A stretch of DNA of 56,668 nucleotides, filler included, from Trypethelium eluteriae (GCA_051942245.1; 2 parts of 2 records of this genome joined end to end with filler, not necessarily neighbours in it); one strand, 5' to 3'. Positions 36,230 through 48,532 are shown, counted from the whole stretch's first letter. A program made the numbers and translations. Notes: generated from the sequence alone by a model not told the origin.

Positions 36230-37419
36230 TCATACCATGGACTTGGGAATGTTTGGCACAGATTCTTGCCTAGTAAGACCAGTTGTAACAAAAATTCCAC
36301 CGTCATTATCAATACTGGGTCGCCTAGCTCTTGGCACAGCATTGACCTCTACACCATAGCCATCACTACCTTCAACTTTAGGTGGAAAGGTTGTTTCAGA
36401 TGAGCTTTCGAGGTGAGCGTGACGCTGAGAGTATCGAGATCCTCCTGAAGAGCGAGAGCGAATACTAGTCATCAGATTCCTGAGCGAGTAACCAAGTCGC
36501 TCTGGATAATGTCGTGTGAACAAAGGCCAGAAAGTAGGTAGACAGGCAGCAATTATCGACAATCCAATCTCGAACATGCTCCAATATACGATAGTAGTCT
36601 GCACGCCCAGCTGATTCGGAAACAATTTTATGGTCGGATAGAGCTTGATATAGAATGCTAACCTCACGATACTTGCGATTACCGTCAGGGCACCGAAGAG
36701 AAAGACTGCTAGAACGGCTGCTCGCTTCTTCTTCGACATTTGCAGACTTAGGGTCTGTGGTTATTAGACCTTGATGAAAACTCATGTCAAGTGTTACTCA
36801 CCCAGTAGATCGGCATGCAGAGAATCAAGAGGTCTATGATTACATCTGGAATGGAGAAGCCAAACGCGACATCTTTACCAGACTTGCAATGGGCTTTCGT
36901 GCTTTTAGCGGAGGACCACAATAGTTCGATACGCGGTCCGCATTGGAAAGCAACAGCGAAGAAGCCACCAAGGACCCATGCAACGACAATAAATATCATG
37001 ATCCAAGAGAGAAGTCTAAAAGTCCTGGTCACGAAAATGCTCCGGTAGAAGGAGAGCACCGAGAGCTTCGAAAGTCCTAGAGTCCACAATTGCATCCAGT
37101 TCATACAAACAGCAAGTCGTTTCGTAGCGAGTAAGACCGGATCAGATTCTTCGTACCCAGACAGAGAAGTTGTGCCGGGAGACCTCATACCAAATCCTGC
37201 GGTTGCAACACCTGTGATAAGAAGGGAGGCACAACCGCAAGCGATAATCAACGAAGCTACAATCAACCAGTCATCGATTCCGTATGACGTTGATCGTACT
37301 CGTTTTGCGTGAAGCCGCAGTCCAACTGCCAAGATATCCATGATGGGAAACACTATGCCCATAGCGAGAACCTCACTTCGTGATATATCCATAAATGCTG
37401 CTGTATAGCTGGACTCCAT
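36230..37419 (-). CDS. PTH11-like (fungal rhodopsin-domain) 7-TM receptor-like membrane protein, no CFEM domain, 2 exons
   Basis: AVGLRLHAK..YGIDDWLIVASL, LGLSKLSVLSFYRSIF, FQCGP, DVIIDLLILCMPI..|LQMSKKKRAAV..F..GAL..IASIVRL, WSMFEIGLSIIAACLP. The start could also be 37428. Confidence 0.87.
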
Positions 37420-39054
37420 GGCTCGCATTGGAGATGAGCTTTGGAGCTCATGAAATGAAATGAGGAATGATGCAAGTTCATGGACTGAAAGCTGCAATGA
37501 ATGGATAGTCAAGCAAGGAATAAGAAGCGGAGAGAAGCAAGGTCGTGTCGGGTCAAAGACAGTAGATGGGGTAGAGCCAGCACTGCGCCGGTCGCCTCTG
37601 TGCCTTATGTTGGCGGCGGAGAGAACGCTCAACCATACGGCTCTTTGCGGGTAGCCTCTCAGGCATGGCTACCCTATAGGTCAGCACCCCCCAGCACTGT
37701 TCTATGCGGTGGACGCCATATGCGGCGGATTGCATGGGCTGTCAGGCAAATGAAAAAAGTGAGTTGTTGATCCCAGCATAAGTATTGTTCGAAAAATCAA
37801 TTCTCTTGGTCCATGTCGTTATCGGTCTCGTGTTGCTGCTGCTGCCTATTGCGCGAACGCTGCCGATCGCCATACTGCTTGGTCAGTATTTCTATCGTTT
37901 CACCGCATGACCGCATCACTACACCGACGAGAATATCTATGAAGGTATACCTCGCACAATTTCATGGGCCTCTGGGTTTGAAGCTGGAACAGGGTCCTTG
38001 ATGCAAGGCTTACGTAGCTGAGGATGGAAATAGTCGTGACTCTTAGAGAAGTAGAACATTACCCTGGAAATCGCGCAAGCACAGGACTGAGTTTTCTCAG
38101 ACACTGAGGACCTTGCTAAGGCTGGGGGGCCGGCGGTGCCCACTCCAATGGGATTGCAAAAACTCCACAAGGTGTATCAATGGGCAATTTCAGCTACTGG
38201 TCTTGTTCAGCATTATCCTGGAGGAGAAAAGCCCCAGATGCTTGCAAATGCCGCATCCCACCAGAGCGGGTCGGCCCTGCAGGAAGACAAGCCTATTCCG
38301 ACATGTGTGCTGAGAGAAGGAAAATGATAAGAAATTCAATAACGTCATCTCTTACCGACTGCTGAATTTACGCACCTGGTAAGCTAAGACGCATCCAAAG
38401 TCCTGGTCATGTTGCATTTCGGTGCTTTGCGCTGCTAAGTGCGACATTCTTAATGTGGTGCAACCGTAAGTCAGGACGTTCGGCCGTCCCCGCCGATGGA
38501 AGGTGATAAGTTCAGTAACTTATCGTTATTGGAGAAACAACACCTTCATGAGATACTTTACAGTAGGTCGCATGAGATTTTGCTTGCTCAGTCAGAATAC
38601 TTGTATCGCGCAAGCGTTGAGCTATCGCACTTGGTGCATAGACTGTCAATCCATAGATAACGAAGGCAAATACGTTTGGTGGTCTCCTTTGTACTCTTGG
38701 GGGTTTCGGGTATTTGTCGTTCCGGGACTTATGAACAAAACTCCTGGATGTTGCCCTCTAGAAACCGGAAGAGGCAATACCTCTCAGATAATGTCGAACC
38801 TGGGGCTATGTTACAGTAAAGACGGAGAGAATGCCTGTCAAACCGTCAACTTACCCAACCAGTGTCTGACTTTGTTATGGAATGAGAGAAGAGAGTGGAT
38901 TCTAGGACCTAGAAGGTGATAGAAGTTACAAAAACTTATTGAGTAGGGATGAGACTGCCTCTGGAGCCGCTCTAATGACTACCTCCAAGTGAAGCCGTGC
39001 TCCAAATGCCAACCTGCCAAAATAGAATGTATCGATTCTCGCTTCCGTAACATA

Positions 39055-39235
39055 CCTTACGGCGGCTGGGGGGTTCCTCAACAGGTAATCAATACAATGT
39101 TACCTCAGTTCAGCTGTTATGACCATGTTGGCCCATGTTAAGGCGGTGTTAACATGGTCCGACAAGGTCTTAACAGTGAATTCGAAATAATATTGTATTG
39201 ATTACCTGTTGAGGAACCCCCCAGCCGCCGTAAGG
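39055..39235. mobile_element. Foldback MITE copy 1 (181 bp, TA target-site duplication, Tc1/mariner-type non-autonomous)
   Basis: TA|CCTTACGGCGGCTGGGGGGTTCCTCAACAGGTAATCAATACAAT ... ATTGTATTGATTACCTGTTGAGGAACCCCCCAGCCGCCGTAAGG|TA. Nearly the whole element is one inverted repeat; a second copy lies at 48533. Confidence 0.85.
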
Positions 39236-39395
39236 TACGTACCCCTAGTCAGGGAGATCAGATAACGTCAATACTTACATGCTATGGGTAGGTAGGCCAG
39301 TAAGACCTCAGTATAGGAAATTTTTCCACCAAGGAGATTTCTTTCATCAACGGAAGACGTCAGAGAATCCCGAACGTCATTAAAAGTCCCAGAAG

Positions 39396-39908
39396 CTAGG
39401 CCTCGATAAATTCCCAGATCATCTCGTCAGATTCCCAATTCTCGATCATGGCCAACTTCTCCACGCCGTTTTCCATCTTTGTGCCTATGGGCCGAAGTGT
39501 GGACCAATGTTTCATGATCAAGACACTTCCTCCTCCGCGCCTCTCCTTAACACGAAACTTCTCCCATTCTCTATGCCACTTTTGATCGCACACCAGTCTC
39601 CAGTGTTCGTCGCGACCCAGAAATCTTCCCGAGATAAGATTTTTGAAGCCAGACCATTCCTCATCTCCCACACACATCCAGTGAGATTCGCGCCCATGAG
39701 GTAGAGCTAGCACAATCTGCCCCTCAAACAGTGTAATAAACTCTCCGGACGAGGCAAGTTTGATGAGGAAGGTAGAGCCGGTACGAGGCTTTGGTGAACT
39801 ATTTTGAATACTTCCGGAACGGTCAGCATCATGTTGAAGGCCAGCAGAGACGCTTCCTGAGGTTGCACCAGTCATGGAGGCGTTCACGTTTCTGAGTCTC
39901 AGAGCCAT
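39396..39908 (-). CDS. Hypothetical protein with Trp-rich beta-trefoil/ricin-B-like repeats; start uncertain
   Basis: PRTGSTFLIK..GEFITLFEG..HWMCV..WSGFKNLISGRFLGRD..LVC..HREWEKF..GGSVLIMKHW pattern. Confidence 0.6.
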   Translation of the reverse strand: MALRLRNVNASMTGATSGSVSAGLQHDADRSGSIQNSSPKPRTGSTFLIKLASSGEFITLFEGQIVLALPHGRESHWMCVGDEEWSGFKNLISGRFLGRDEHWRLVCDQKWHREWEKFRVKERRGGGSVLIMKHWSTLRPIGTKMENGVEKLAMIENWESDEMIWEFIEA

Positions 39909-40505
39909 AACGCTGAAGTCAAGATCGCGACTGCTCTGGTGCGTACTGACAAATGTGAGGGTATTCAAGGGAATCAATGCTGTGCTCTAGCACTCACAGG
40001 ATCTACAGAAACGAAGTAACACACAAGAGAGGGGTTGAGGCTGAAAGTACAAACGAAAGTACAAACGAGAGTACAAACGCACAAGAAGAGGTGCAGCACA
40101 GGGAAAGGCGCTCATCAGGTGTCTTCGTGATTGTCCCATTTCGATGCTATTTTTGGGAAATCTCTGACGTGTAGGTCGATTATACAGCTTGAGACGAATT
40201 GAAGCAAACTACTAGGACAATTTCTGTAATTCTGACGCCTGAATCGATAGGGTAAAGATTATGTCAGCAGGGGCTTGCGAGGCTGGTCAGCCTCCCCTTC
40301 CATGATGTGGCGCAGCATTCCGTGGTCCTAGAGTACGCTTTCAACTGTATTTGTTGCACATCCCTTCGCAAGGACTCCAGCAGCAATTCTTTGGTTTCGT
40401 TCCACGAGCGCAACGCTTGAGTTAGAACAAATAGGCTGTCTCTGAGACCGGATCCGTCGTGCGATGTATTGAAATCGGCTTCAACCTCCTTATCAGACCA
40501 GCGCA

Positions 40506-42293
40506 ATGAGGACATCCGATGGTTGCTGGACGTGCCGAGTTCGGCGGAAGAAATGCGATGAGAATTACCCTGTATGTGATGCGTGCACTGCACTCGGTAT
40601 CACATGCCATAACGACCAACACAATAGACCGGAGTGGATGGACGGTAGTGTGAAGCAAGAAGAGATGGCTCAGCAGCTCAAACGCGAGGTCAAAGAAAGG
40701 GCGCATTCCCGACGTGGGGAGCGTGTGTTTAACGTCTCTGGCGACTACATCTCACATGCCGAAGCTACAACTGGCCAACTGACAGCATTACCAAACAATA
40801 CGCTCAGGAGTGCGGCAGCTCCGATATGTGATCTCTTAAAAGCAATTCCAGAGGTTCACAATAATGAGTTAGAGCTACCCCCGGAGACGTCCTGGCTCGG
40901 GGTCCAACACGCAGTTCACGGCATCCATAGAAGCCAGGATGCATGCGGACGCATGGTCTTCGAAGGATCTGACACTGCCCTCTTGATGTTCTACCTAGAA
41001 AAAGTGCTTCCTTTCCTGTTCCCTTTCTACCACCCCCCCCTCCTCCAAGGCGGCAAAGCCTGGATCTTAGAGATGATGATAAGAAGGCCATTAGTACGGA
41101 AAGCCATTCTCTGTCAGAGCTTCTATTTTTCTTTCGCGTGGGGAACGACTGGTGATGAAGCGGCTTGGAAGAAAGTACTCACACAAACCGGTGATGCCTT
41201 TGGGGTACTGAGGCAAGCACTGCAGATTATCAGTGACTCACATATTGCAGAACATCTACACGGCGCTGTACGGATCATGGCAAGCATCATGCAGCTGCAA
41301 CGATTCGAGACTGCCGTCTTGAGCTTTGATAGCTGGCAGGTACACCTCAATGCCGCTCTGGCTCTTTTTACACAGCTGCTCGACAGTGTTGGTACAGAGC
41401 AATCGGTAGGGCACGATACACGCTTTAATGCTGTCGTGAGCCGTCTAGGCCCGTCGTCATCGACCTTGTCCACACAATCTGTCCAGCTTCCAACTGCTGA
41501 ACAAGCTGCCTTTCGTTTCTCCTCTGCTTTAGTGATATTAGATGATATTATTGCCAGCACAATGCTTCAAGAGCAACCCAGACTCTACGAGTACCACCTT
41601 AGCCTTCTGAAAGGAAGCGAAGGTACCGAATCTCCTATCAATCTCGAGGCTGTTATTGGGGTCCAAAATCTAGTCTTGCTAGGAATCAGCGAGGTAGCTA
41701 CGCTTGATGCGTGGAAACAGCGATGTAGGGTAGCCGGGAGCCTCGATGTCATTGAGCTGGCTCACCGTGCTATGGCTATCAAAGAGCCGCTTTTAGCCCA
41801 TCTCAGACGCTTGGAGGCCGAATCCGAACCCGCAGTTGATCCGAAAGAGAGTAGCGGGCTGCTGGATGTTGTCGCAGCATCTGCCTACCAGCCATCAGAA
41901 ATACCCGCCATCCAGGGCTACCTGATTACGCGTGTCTGGGCTCATGCAGCGCTCATTTACCTATCTGTTGTTGTGTCTGGATGGCAGGTTGCCAGCGCTG
42001 ACGTACGTCATAACGTCGATCGAATCATCGAGCTGCTGAGTACGATATCGCCGCCGGCAATGCTGCGTACGATGGTGTGGCCATTTTGCGTCGCAGGCTG
42101 TCTTGCGGAACCAGCTCAGGAGACTCAATTGCGCCGAATGGTGGACCCACTGCCCCTAAGCGTCTTCGGCACTGTACATAAGGCGCTTAGGATTATGGAG
42201 AATGTATGGCAAAGTAGGGACGTAGGAGATATTACGACCCGCGACCTTGCAGCGTGCTTCAGAAGCCAAGGCGATGTAATACTACTGTTGTAA
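40506..42293 (+). CDS. Zn(II)2Cys6 transcription factor with Fungal_trans_2-type C-terminal domain (intronless)
   Basis: GCWTCRVRRKKCDENYPVCDACTALGITC; PEWMDG; FPFY; TRVWAHAALIYL; MVWPFCVAGCLA. Confidence 0.92.
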   Translation: MRTSDGCWTCRVRRKKCDENYPVCDACTALGITCHNDQHNRPEWMDGSVKQEEMAQQLKREVKERAHSRRGERVFNVSGDYISHAEATTGQLTALPNNTLRSAAAPICDLLKAIPEVHNNELELPPETSWLGVQHAVHGIHRSQDACGRMVFEGSDTALLMFYLEKVLPFLFPFYHPPLLQGGKAWILEMMIRRPLVRKAILCQSFYFSFAWGTTGDEAAWKKVLTQTGDAFGVLRQALQIISDSHIAEHLHGAVRIMASIMQLQRFETAVLSFDSWQVHLNAALALFTQLLDSVGTEQSVGHDTRFNAVVSRLGPSSSTLSTQSVQLPTAEQAAFRFSSALVILDDIIASTMLQEQPRLYEYHLSLLKGSEGTESPINLEAVIGVQNLVLLGISEVATLDAWKQRCRVAGSLDVIELAHRAMAIKEPLLAHLRRLEAESEPAVDPKESSGLLDVVAASAYQPSEIPAIQGYLITRVWAHAALIYLSVVVSGWQVASADVRHNVDRIIELLSTISPPAMLRTMVWPFCVAGCLAEPAQETQLRRMVDPLPLSVFGTVHKALRIMENVWQSRDVGDITTRDLAACFRSQGDVILLL

Positions 42294-42404
42294 AGGAGCA
42301 GTCATACAGCATTTCAATTGCTTTCAGGGCACTTGATTGAGTCCTTATCTATGAGAGTCATCTGATATTTACTTTTGGTATGTTCTCATTTCTTCTTCGA
42401 TTTA

Positions 42405-43152
42405 CTACTCAAATTTGACATAACCGTTGCCTTTCACGAACGTCGCGTGCCACGGAACGTTCTCATGATTTGCCAACTGTGTATAGAACTCGGCATGTGC
42501 GGAGCCGTCAAGCGTCTGGCCCTTGAACTTGCCGTCTCCGTGACGCTCATCTGCGTAAAAGAATCTGGCGAAACGCGTATATCAGAAACAGTCCACGCGG
42601 AGCTTCACTTTGAGAGACCTACCGAAACCCTTGGGCCGAGTACATCGCATCGGCAACGCCGATCCAGAATGCGGACGCCGACTTCCCCATGCCTAAATCC
42701 ATCATCAGCGGCATGGGCACGATGGAGACGTTCATGATATTGCCGGTGTATATGAACGTCTTCTTGGTCTCCTTCGGCAGCGTCTCCCATCCACTGACAG
42801 CCTGCTGCGCTGCGACGTAAGGGCTGACAGTGTTAACACTCAAATCTGAGGCAACACTCTCAGCTGGTATTGAAAACATGGAGTCCTTATCGGGAGTGCT
42901 CGTGAGCGCCGCCGCGTTGTAGATGACGACGCTGGGAGAGGCACGGAATTCGGCTCTGACTGCGCTGAACAGTGCCGGGATCGAGTCGGGCTTGGCAAAG
43001 TCTGCTTTGAGGGAGAGAATCCCGTCGGTTGTCTTCAAGCCTTTCCTGGACGCAATAGCGACCCTGTAGCCATTACTGGCAAATTTCTCAGCAACGGAGG
43101 CACCGATCCTAGGTCCAGCTCCGAGAACAAGCACAACGGGCTTTGCTGCCAT
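42405..43152 (-). CDS. Short-chain dehydrogenase/reductase (atypical SDR), 2 exons
   Basis: VLVLGAGPRIGASVA, VVIYNAA, KTFIYTGN, LGMGKSASA|FFYADER...FVKGNGYVKFE*. Confidence 0.85.
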
Positions 43153-43418
43153 TGCGCTTTCTTTTAGTCGATGGTGAGAATTGACCTCGAGGAATTTGGT
43201 TTAAGAAGAATCTCAGACAAAGAATAGAGGATCTGAGAAACCTTGAAGGCATGATGTCTTCTTTTTATACTACGCAGGGTCTGCATACATTGATGCTACT
43301 TTGGGTCCATTCGCCCTATTTTTCGAGGATTTGCAATCAAAGAATTGGGTTGAGAAGCTGCAAGCCGCACTCTGGAAGGTTGGACAGGGATTCGCGCCAA
43401 GCTGAGGATGACCCTGCA

Positions 43419-43476
43419 TATCGCGCGCGGGAATGACAGCATACGATACAATGCGATGCTCTATCGCGCGCGGGAA
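43419..43476. promoter_or_regulatory. Exact 15-bp direct repeat TATCGCGCGCGGGAA in the divergent SDR/dioxygenase promoter; candidate Zn2Cys6 site
   Basis: Copies at 43419-43433 and 43462-43476; related TCGCGC cores at about 43392 and 43541. Confidence 0.45.
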
Positions 43477-43725
43477 AGCCGGCGCGGCAGGACGTTGCAA
43501 GTTACAACTCAACGCTTCCGTAGCCTCTCCAATTTAGAACTCGCGCGACAAAGAGATCGTATCGATACCTAGTCCGACAACTTTTTAAGGTCTCATCCTT
43601 TGGACAATCTGACAATGAAGTTGTCAGCCCGCTGCCGAAATGTTGAAATTAATGATAACATAGCCCAGGACAAAGAGTGGTGCCTCTTTTCTTTCATGTC
43701 AAGGAAACTTTGGGAAAAGTGTTTT

Positions 43726-44902
43726 ATGTCCTCGGTGTTGTCGTCACTTTGTTCAGTTGGCCGCTCGAAGTACTTTGCTGCTCTCCTTGTGAGCTTGTGC
43801 ATCCCGCTCGTCTACCGCACTGTTCAGTCGTACATGAGCAGCACTTGGAAAGCTGCCACCACACAATCAATCCAGCACGCTCCAAGTATCCTCTGTGGTC
43901 CCCCATACCTGGATAGCTCGACACGAACCATGCCGACTTCGGCGACCAACGATAACCTTTCTGGACGGACACCCGTCTACTTCCTGGGCATCGGGGGGCC
44001 CAACTCCATGGAAAATACGGGCCATCCTGCCTATGCCCAACTGACTGCAGTTGGGAGGGAGATTACCACAAAAGTCAAACCCAAGGCGGTAGTCGTCTTT
44101 TCTGCTCATTGGCAAGGAGGCCCGAAGGTGATCAAGATTAATGTCGCGGAGCAGACGGATATAATATATGACTTCTACGGCTTTCCGCCGCACTATTACC
44201 TGAAAGAATTTCCAAACAAAGGGAGTAGCGAGGTTGCTGAAAAGGTCATTGAGAAGCTAGCAAATGTCGGTATTGAGGTGGAGAGAGTTAAACGAGGCCT
44301 TGACCACGGCGTCTGGGCAGGATTTATCGTTGGTAGGTCGTGATTATGGAGAATTTTTGTCGACATCTCATTGCTGACGCACCGTCCGAATAGCTTTTGA
44401 TCCGAATAAGAACCCATTGGATGTGCCAATCGTACAAGTTTCGCTGTACGATAATGAAGATCCGGACCGACACTACTGCGTCGGAGAGGCACTGGAAGGT
44501 CTGCGGGACGAAGGCATTCTAATTGTCGGCGCGGGAATGGCTGTTCACAATACTCGGGATTTTCGGATGACCTTGTCAACCGGGGAGACCATGCCGTAAG
44601 CAAGCGCGCCGAGCATTATCAGGTCAATCGTGTTCTTACTAATGCTGTTCAGTTATGCCTTTAGCTTTGACGAAGCACTGAGAGAGGCTGCCACAGCGAA
44701 GCCAGAGGAACGCCAGGCAAAGATGTCGGCCTTGATGCAGCGCAGTGACGCTAGAGAGGCACATCCGAGTGTGGAGCATCTTCTTCCGATTCATGTCAGT
44801 ACGGGAGCTGCAGGCTCGGATCTTGGCGAGCAGTTGTGGACTCTTCCCGAAGGAAGTTTAAGCTGGGCACAGTATCGGTTCGGCAAAGTTGTAGAGGCCT
44901 AG
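43726..44902 (+). CDS. LigB/DODA-type class III extradiol ring-cleavage dioxygenase-like protein, 3 exons; start may be 43930
   Basis: RTPVYFLGIGGP, VVVFSAHW, IIYDFYGFP, RGLDHGVW, VPIVQVSL, GAGMAVHN, AHPSVEHLLPIHV. Confidence 0.88.
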
Positions 44903-45759
44903 GATCCCACTTGAGCAATTTGAGTTAAAGCCACACCTTCGGAAAGCCACCGGTCCTAATTGAGAATATCTCTCCTTCATTTTCTCTCTCTGAGAATAGG
45001 TAGAGGACTTGAGCACTGAAGGTCGCCTTCTGGGCTCGCGTGGTGAGTTCATGGCCTAGGGATTGCAGTTGAAGGAGATTGTTTTGCTACTCGCAACCCA
45101 ACATTATTGCAATCGCTGGAACCTTGAAGAATTAAAAATCTTAAGCCTGAAAGTTCTAGGCCCTCATTGTCTCCCTTTAAGTTGATTTGATCCGCTGCGT
45201 AGAGTCCAGTTTTGGGCAGGAGAAATTCACGTGACGGAGAGCCCCTGTCTTACTGGTAATATCGTACCCTCCGAAGGAGGAATAGTACATACTGTACCTC
45301 TTCAGATAGTTCCGCATCCACCGATGGAAATCTACGACTCTCAAAGTGCAGTGGAAACAGATTCTGAAGTGAAGCAGCCTTCGGCACATCGCTTTCTCAC
45401 ATACGCGTACAACCAATGAGTCGTGGTGTTTTCGCGGCTAAATATCTGGTGGGGCAGGATGGCACACGTGGGCAGTCGGAGCTCGAAAGCCGTCCCCGTT
45501 TCCGCAAGGAACTTCGGTGAACAACGCTTCAATTTGGATAAATGCTGGCCTACCCGATGGCTATGGAGCGAGTCTGAGTTCGATGGTCAGGCAGCCTTGA
45601 CTTGTAGCCTCAATGAACTTTCTACGGGCCTTCTTTCAAAAGAAAATCAGCCTCTACGCATGTGGGCTCATGCTGTTGCACGCTCAAGCGCTATTGGAAT
45701 CGACTAGAGTACCTAACGAGGAAAGTTTCAGGTCTCCATGCAAAAGCACATTTCCTATG

Positions 45760-45818
45760 GACAAGCTTTCTGACAAGCTTTCTGACAAGCCTTCTGACAA
45801 GCCTTCTGACAAGCTTTC
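45760..45818 (+). repeat. 12-bp minisatellite GACAAGC(T/C)TTCT x5
   Basis: gacaagctttct gacaagctttct gacaagccttct gacaagccttct gacaagctttc. Confidence 0.9.
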
Positions 45819-46347
45819 GGAGTCAGGGGTGTGATGCAGGGTCCATAATCAATTCATCTAAAGTCCTCGAATCATTACCCTCTTCGGAGCTTACTCCTAA
45901 CCCTTAATTTGCGGGCCGAAGATTGTTGCGCGTTTGGGGAGCGAACTAGACGTCTTGTGACTGACACTTGACCTGCATTGATGGACAGTTCAATAGTAAT
46001 CTCCTTCTAGGCACCGATGGACTCATTGGAACAAGCATTCCGCTGGACCGGACTGTCTGAATATCCGGGTTCTGTTCGTTCTTAGTCGAAGGGACCGGCA
46101 CGTCTTATGCAATGCAGCAGAATATTTCTTGAGCATTTGGCCCGGATGAATGAGAGTAGGTGACTACAAAATTTTCTGTAGTAATAGTCGGCTACAGTAG
46201 ATCTCGACGGATAAAGAAGTATGACAAGTCCTTCCGCAGAAAGAATATAAAGTCAGCCTAATCCTATCTCTTCCTCAATTCCTCCATTTCGAAGACGGAA
46301 ACCCTGGCAATCGTGAAATTTTCACCCAGGAAAGAAATACAGCAACA

Positions 46348-47797
46348 ATGAGTCAATCGAGAATGGTCATGGCCCTGACGGGCGTATTCGCCCTCTCCAC
46401 GTTGTACGTTACTCCCTTCGAGAGCCATCAGACAACAACTCATCATAGAAAAGATCCAATGCCGCTGCAACCGGGTTAAACTCTGCAGCAAAAGCAGCCG
46501 GACTAAAGTATTTTGGCTCGGCAACGGACAACTCGGAATTAACTGATTCGGCGTACACGGCCGTGCTTGACGATACCAATCAGTTCGGGCAGATTACACC
46601 AGGGAATACAATGAAAGTAAGATACTGTTTGCATTCGCATCAAGTGTCAGCTCTTACAAGGAACAGTGGGTCTACACTGAGCCATCTCAAAATTCCTTTA
46701 GCTATACGCAAGGCGATCAGATTGCGAATTTTGCCAAGACTAATGGGCAACTTCTTCGATGCCACAACCTCGTCTGGTACCAAGAAGCACCGTCATGGGG
46801 TATGCACCTATACTACAATAAATTTTCTCCAAGCTCTGCAGCTGACAATGGGCAGTAACCTCTGGTTCCTGGACCAACGCGTCACTAATTGCGGCTATGC
46901 AAGCCCACATTACCAACGAAGTTACTCATTACAAGGGCCAATGTTATGCTTGGGACGTCGTTAACGAGGCTTTGAACGACGACGGCACATACCGTCAGTG
47001 GGAACTCTACAATGTCATTGGGCCTGCTTACATTCCACTTGCTTTCGAGGCCGCCGCTGCTGCCGATCCAGATGTAAAACTTTACTACAATGACTACAAC
47101 ATCGAAACCGCGGGCGCCAAGGCGACTGCAGCCCAGAACCTAGTCAAGACGATCAAGGCTTACGGCGCAAAGATCGACGGTATTGGCCTAGAGTCTCACT
47201 TTATTGTTGGGGAAACTCCTTCCGCATCTTCGCAGGCTTCCAACATGGCTTCATTCACCGCCCTTGGTGTCGAGGTAGCGGTGACAGAGCTAGATGTCCG
47301 CCAGACCTTGCCCGAGACCAGTGCCCAAGATCAACAACAAGCTAAGGACTATGTCAGCACCGTTCAGGCGTGCCTCCAGACCAAGAACTGTGTTGGTGTT
47401 ACAGTAAGTCCTCCTACCTGTACTTGCGGGGTGTAAAACACTGACAGTCTCTCAGGTATGGGACTTCGACGACAAATACTCTTGGGTGCCAAGCACCTTC
47501 AGTGGTCAAGGAGCTGCGGACCTCTACAACAGCGCTGTTCAGCCGAAGCCTGCTTATACGAGCGTGCTCAGTGCCCTCAATGCTGCAGCTACGGCTGGCT
47601 CTGGATCTAGCTCTTCTGCTCCCACCACACTCAGCACTGTCCCTGCTTCTCCGACGTCCTCGCCTAGCTCTGCTCCTGCTTCGGGAACGGTGGCAGAGTA
47701 TGGACAGTGCGGTGGTATTGGGTATACGGGCCCGACCGTGTGCGAGAGCCCATACAGTTGCCATTCTACGAATTCATATTACTCGCAGTGCTACTGA
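46348..47797 (+). CDS. GH10 endo-1,4-beta-xylanase with C-terminal CBM1, 5 exons
   Basis: Signal peptide; [37 protein letters not shown] (acid/base); [15 protein letters not shown] (nucleophile); Ser/Thr linker; [15 protein letters not shown]...NSYYSQC. Confidence 0.95.
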
Positions 47798-48532
47798 AAA
47801 GTAATACTTGAGGTAGCGGTGGCTTATTTGTATATATTGCCAACCCTTCGATTCTTGTAGATAGACTTTCCCAATCACATCTTTTTTTCTAATCCAGTCA
47901 AGGAAATAAAGCGAAGATTCGGTTTCTTCATCCACACGAAGTCGGCTCATATGAGCTCAACTTCCCCTTATCAAAAGTGTTATGATATCAGAGATTAACG
48001 TTTGAAAAAGAACTTATGCTTAGAACTTTGCAGACAAGAATGATTTGTATAGACCTGTCTGTACGCGAAAGACTTCATCTATGTTCGGCAAGGCACTTTG
48101 ATTCGAAGAAGAAATTGCAGGGAGGACAGTAGTGGGTGTGTGAGATGGGAGCGGCAACAGGGTTAAACCATTCAGTGTATGGCCATTTTATTCCCTCCAG
48201 AAAGGCTCACTCTATCTGCAGTCGTACGAAAGCTAGATATCAACTGTAGTCGAAAAACGGCAGATGTAGCAGTCTCTCCTATCCTCTACGATTCGAAACT
48301 AGCTTTTCAGTTACTAGAGGTAGGAACCGGAAGTCGTGCAAATATTACGAGCAAACCCACTGGAGGGTAAATACACGTCAGTAAATACTACAGCAGCGGA
48401 ATCTCGTCCATTATCAAGTCCGACTCACAGGCAATGGATACGAAAAGTCTCCCTGACTCTCAAAGCACTTTCCTCGCCTGTCTTGTATTCGCTCGCTCAC
48501 GGCTCTATAGAGTTCCATGCTCGATTTACTTA

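Noticed and set aside
45760..45818. CRISPR-like or coding repeat
   Set aside because: No spacers and a eukaryotic context; it is a simple 12-bp minisatellite. The same applies to the AAGTACAAACGA-type repeats at about 40045-40080.
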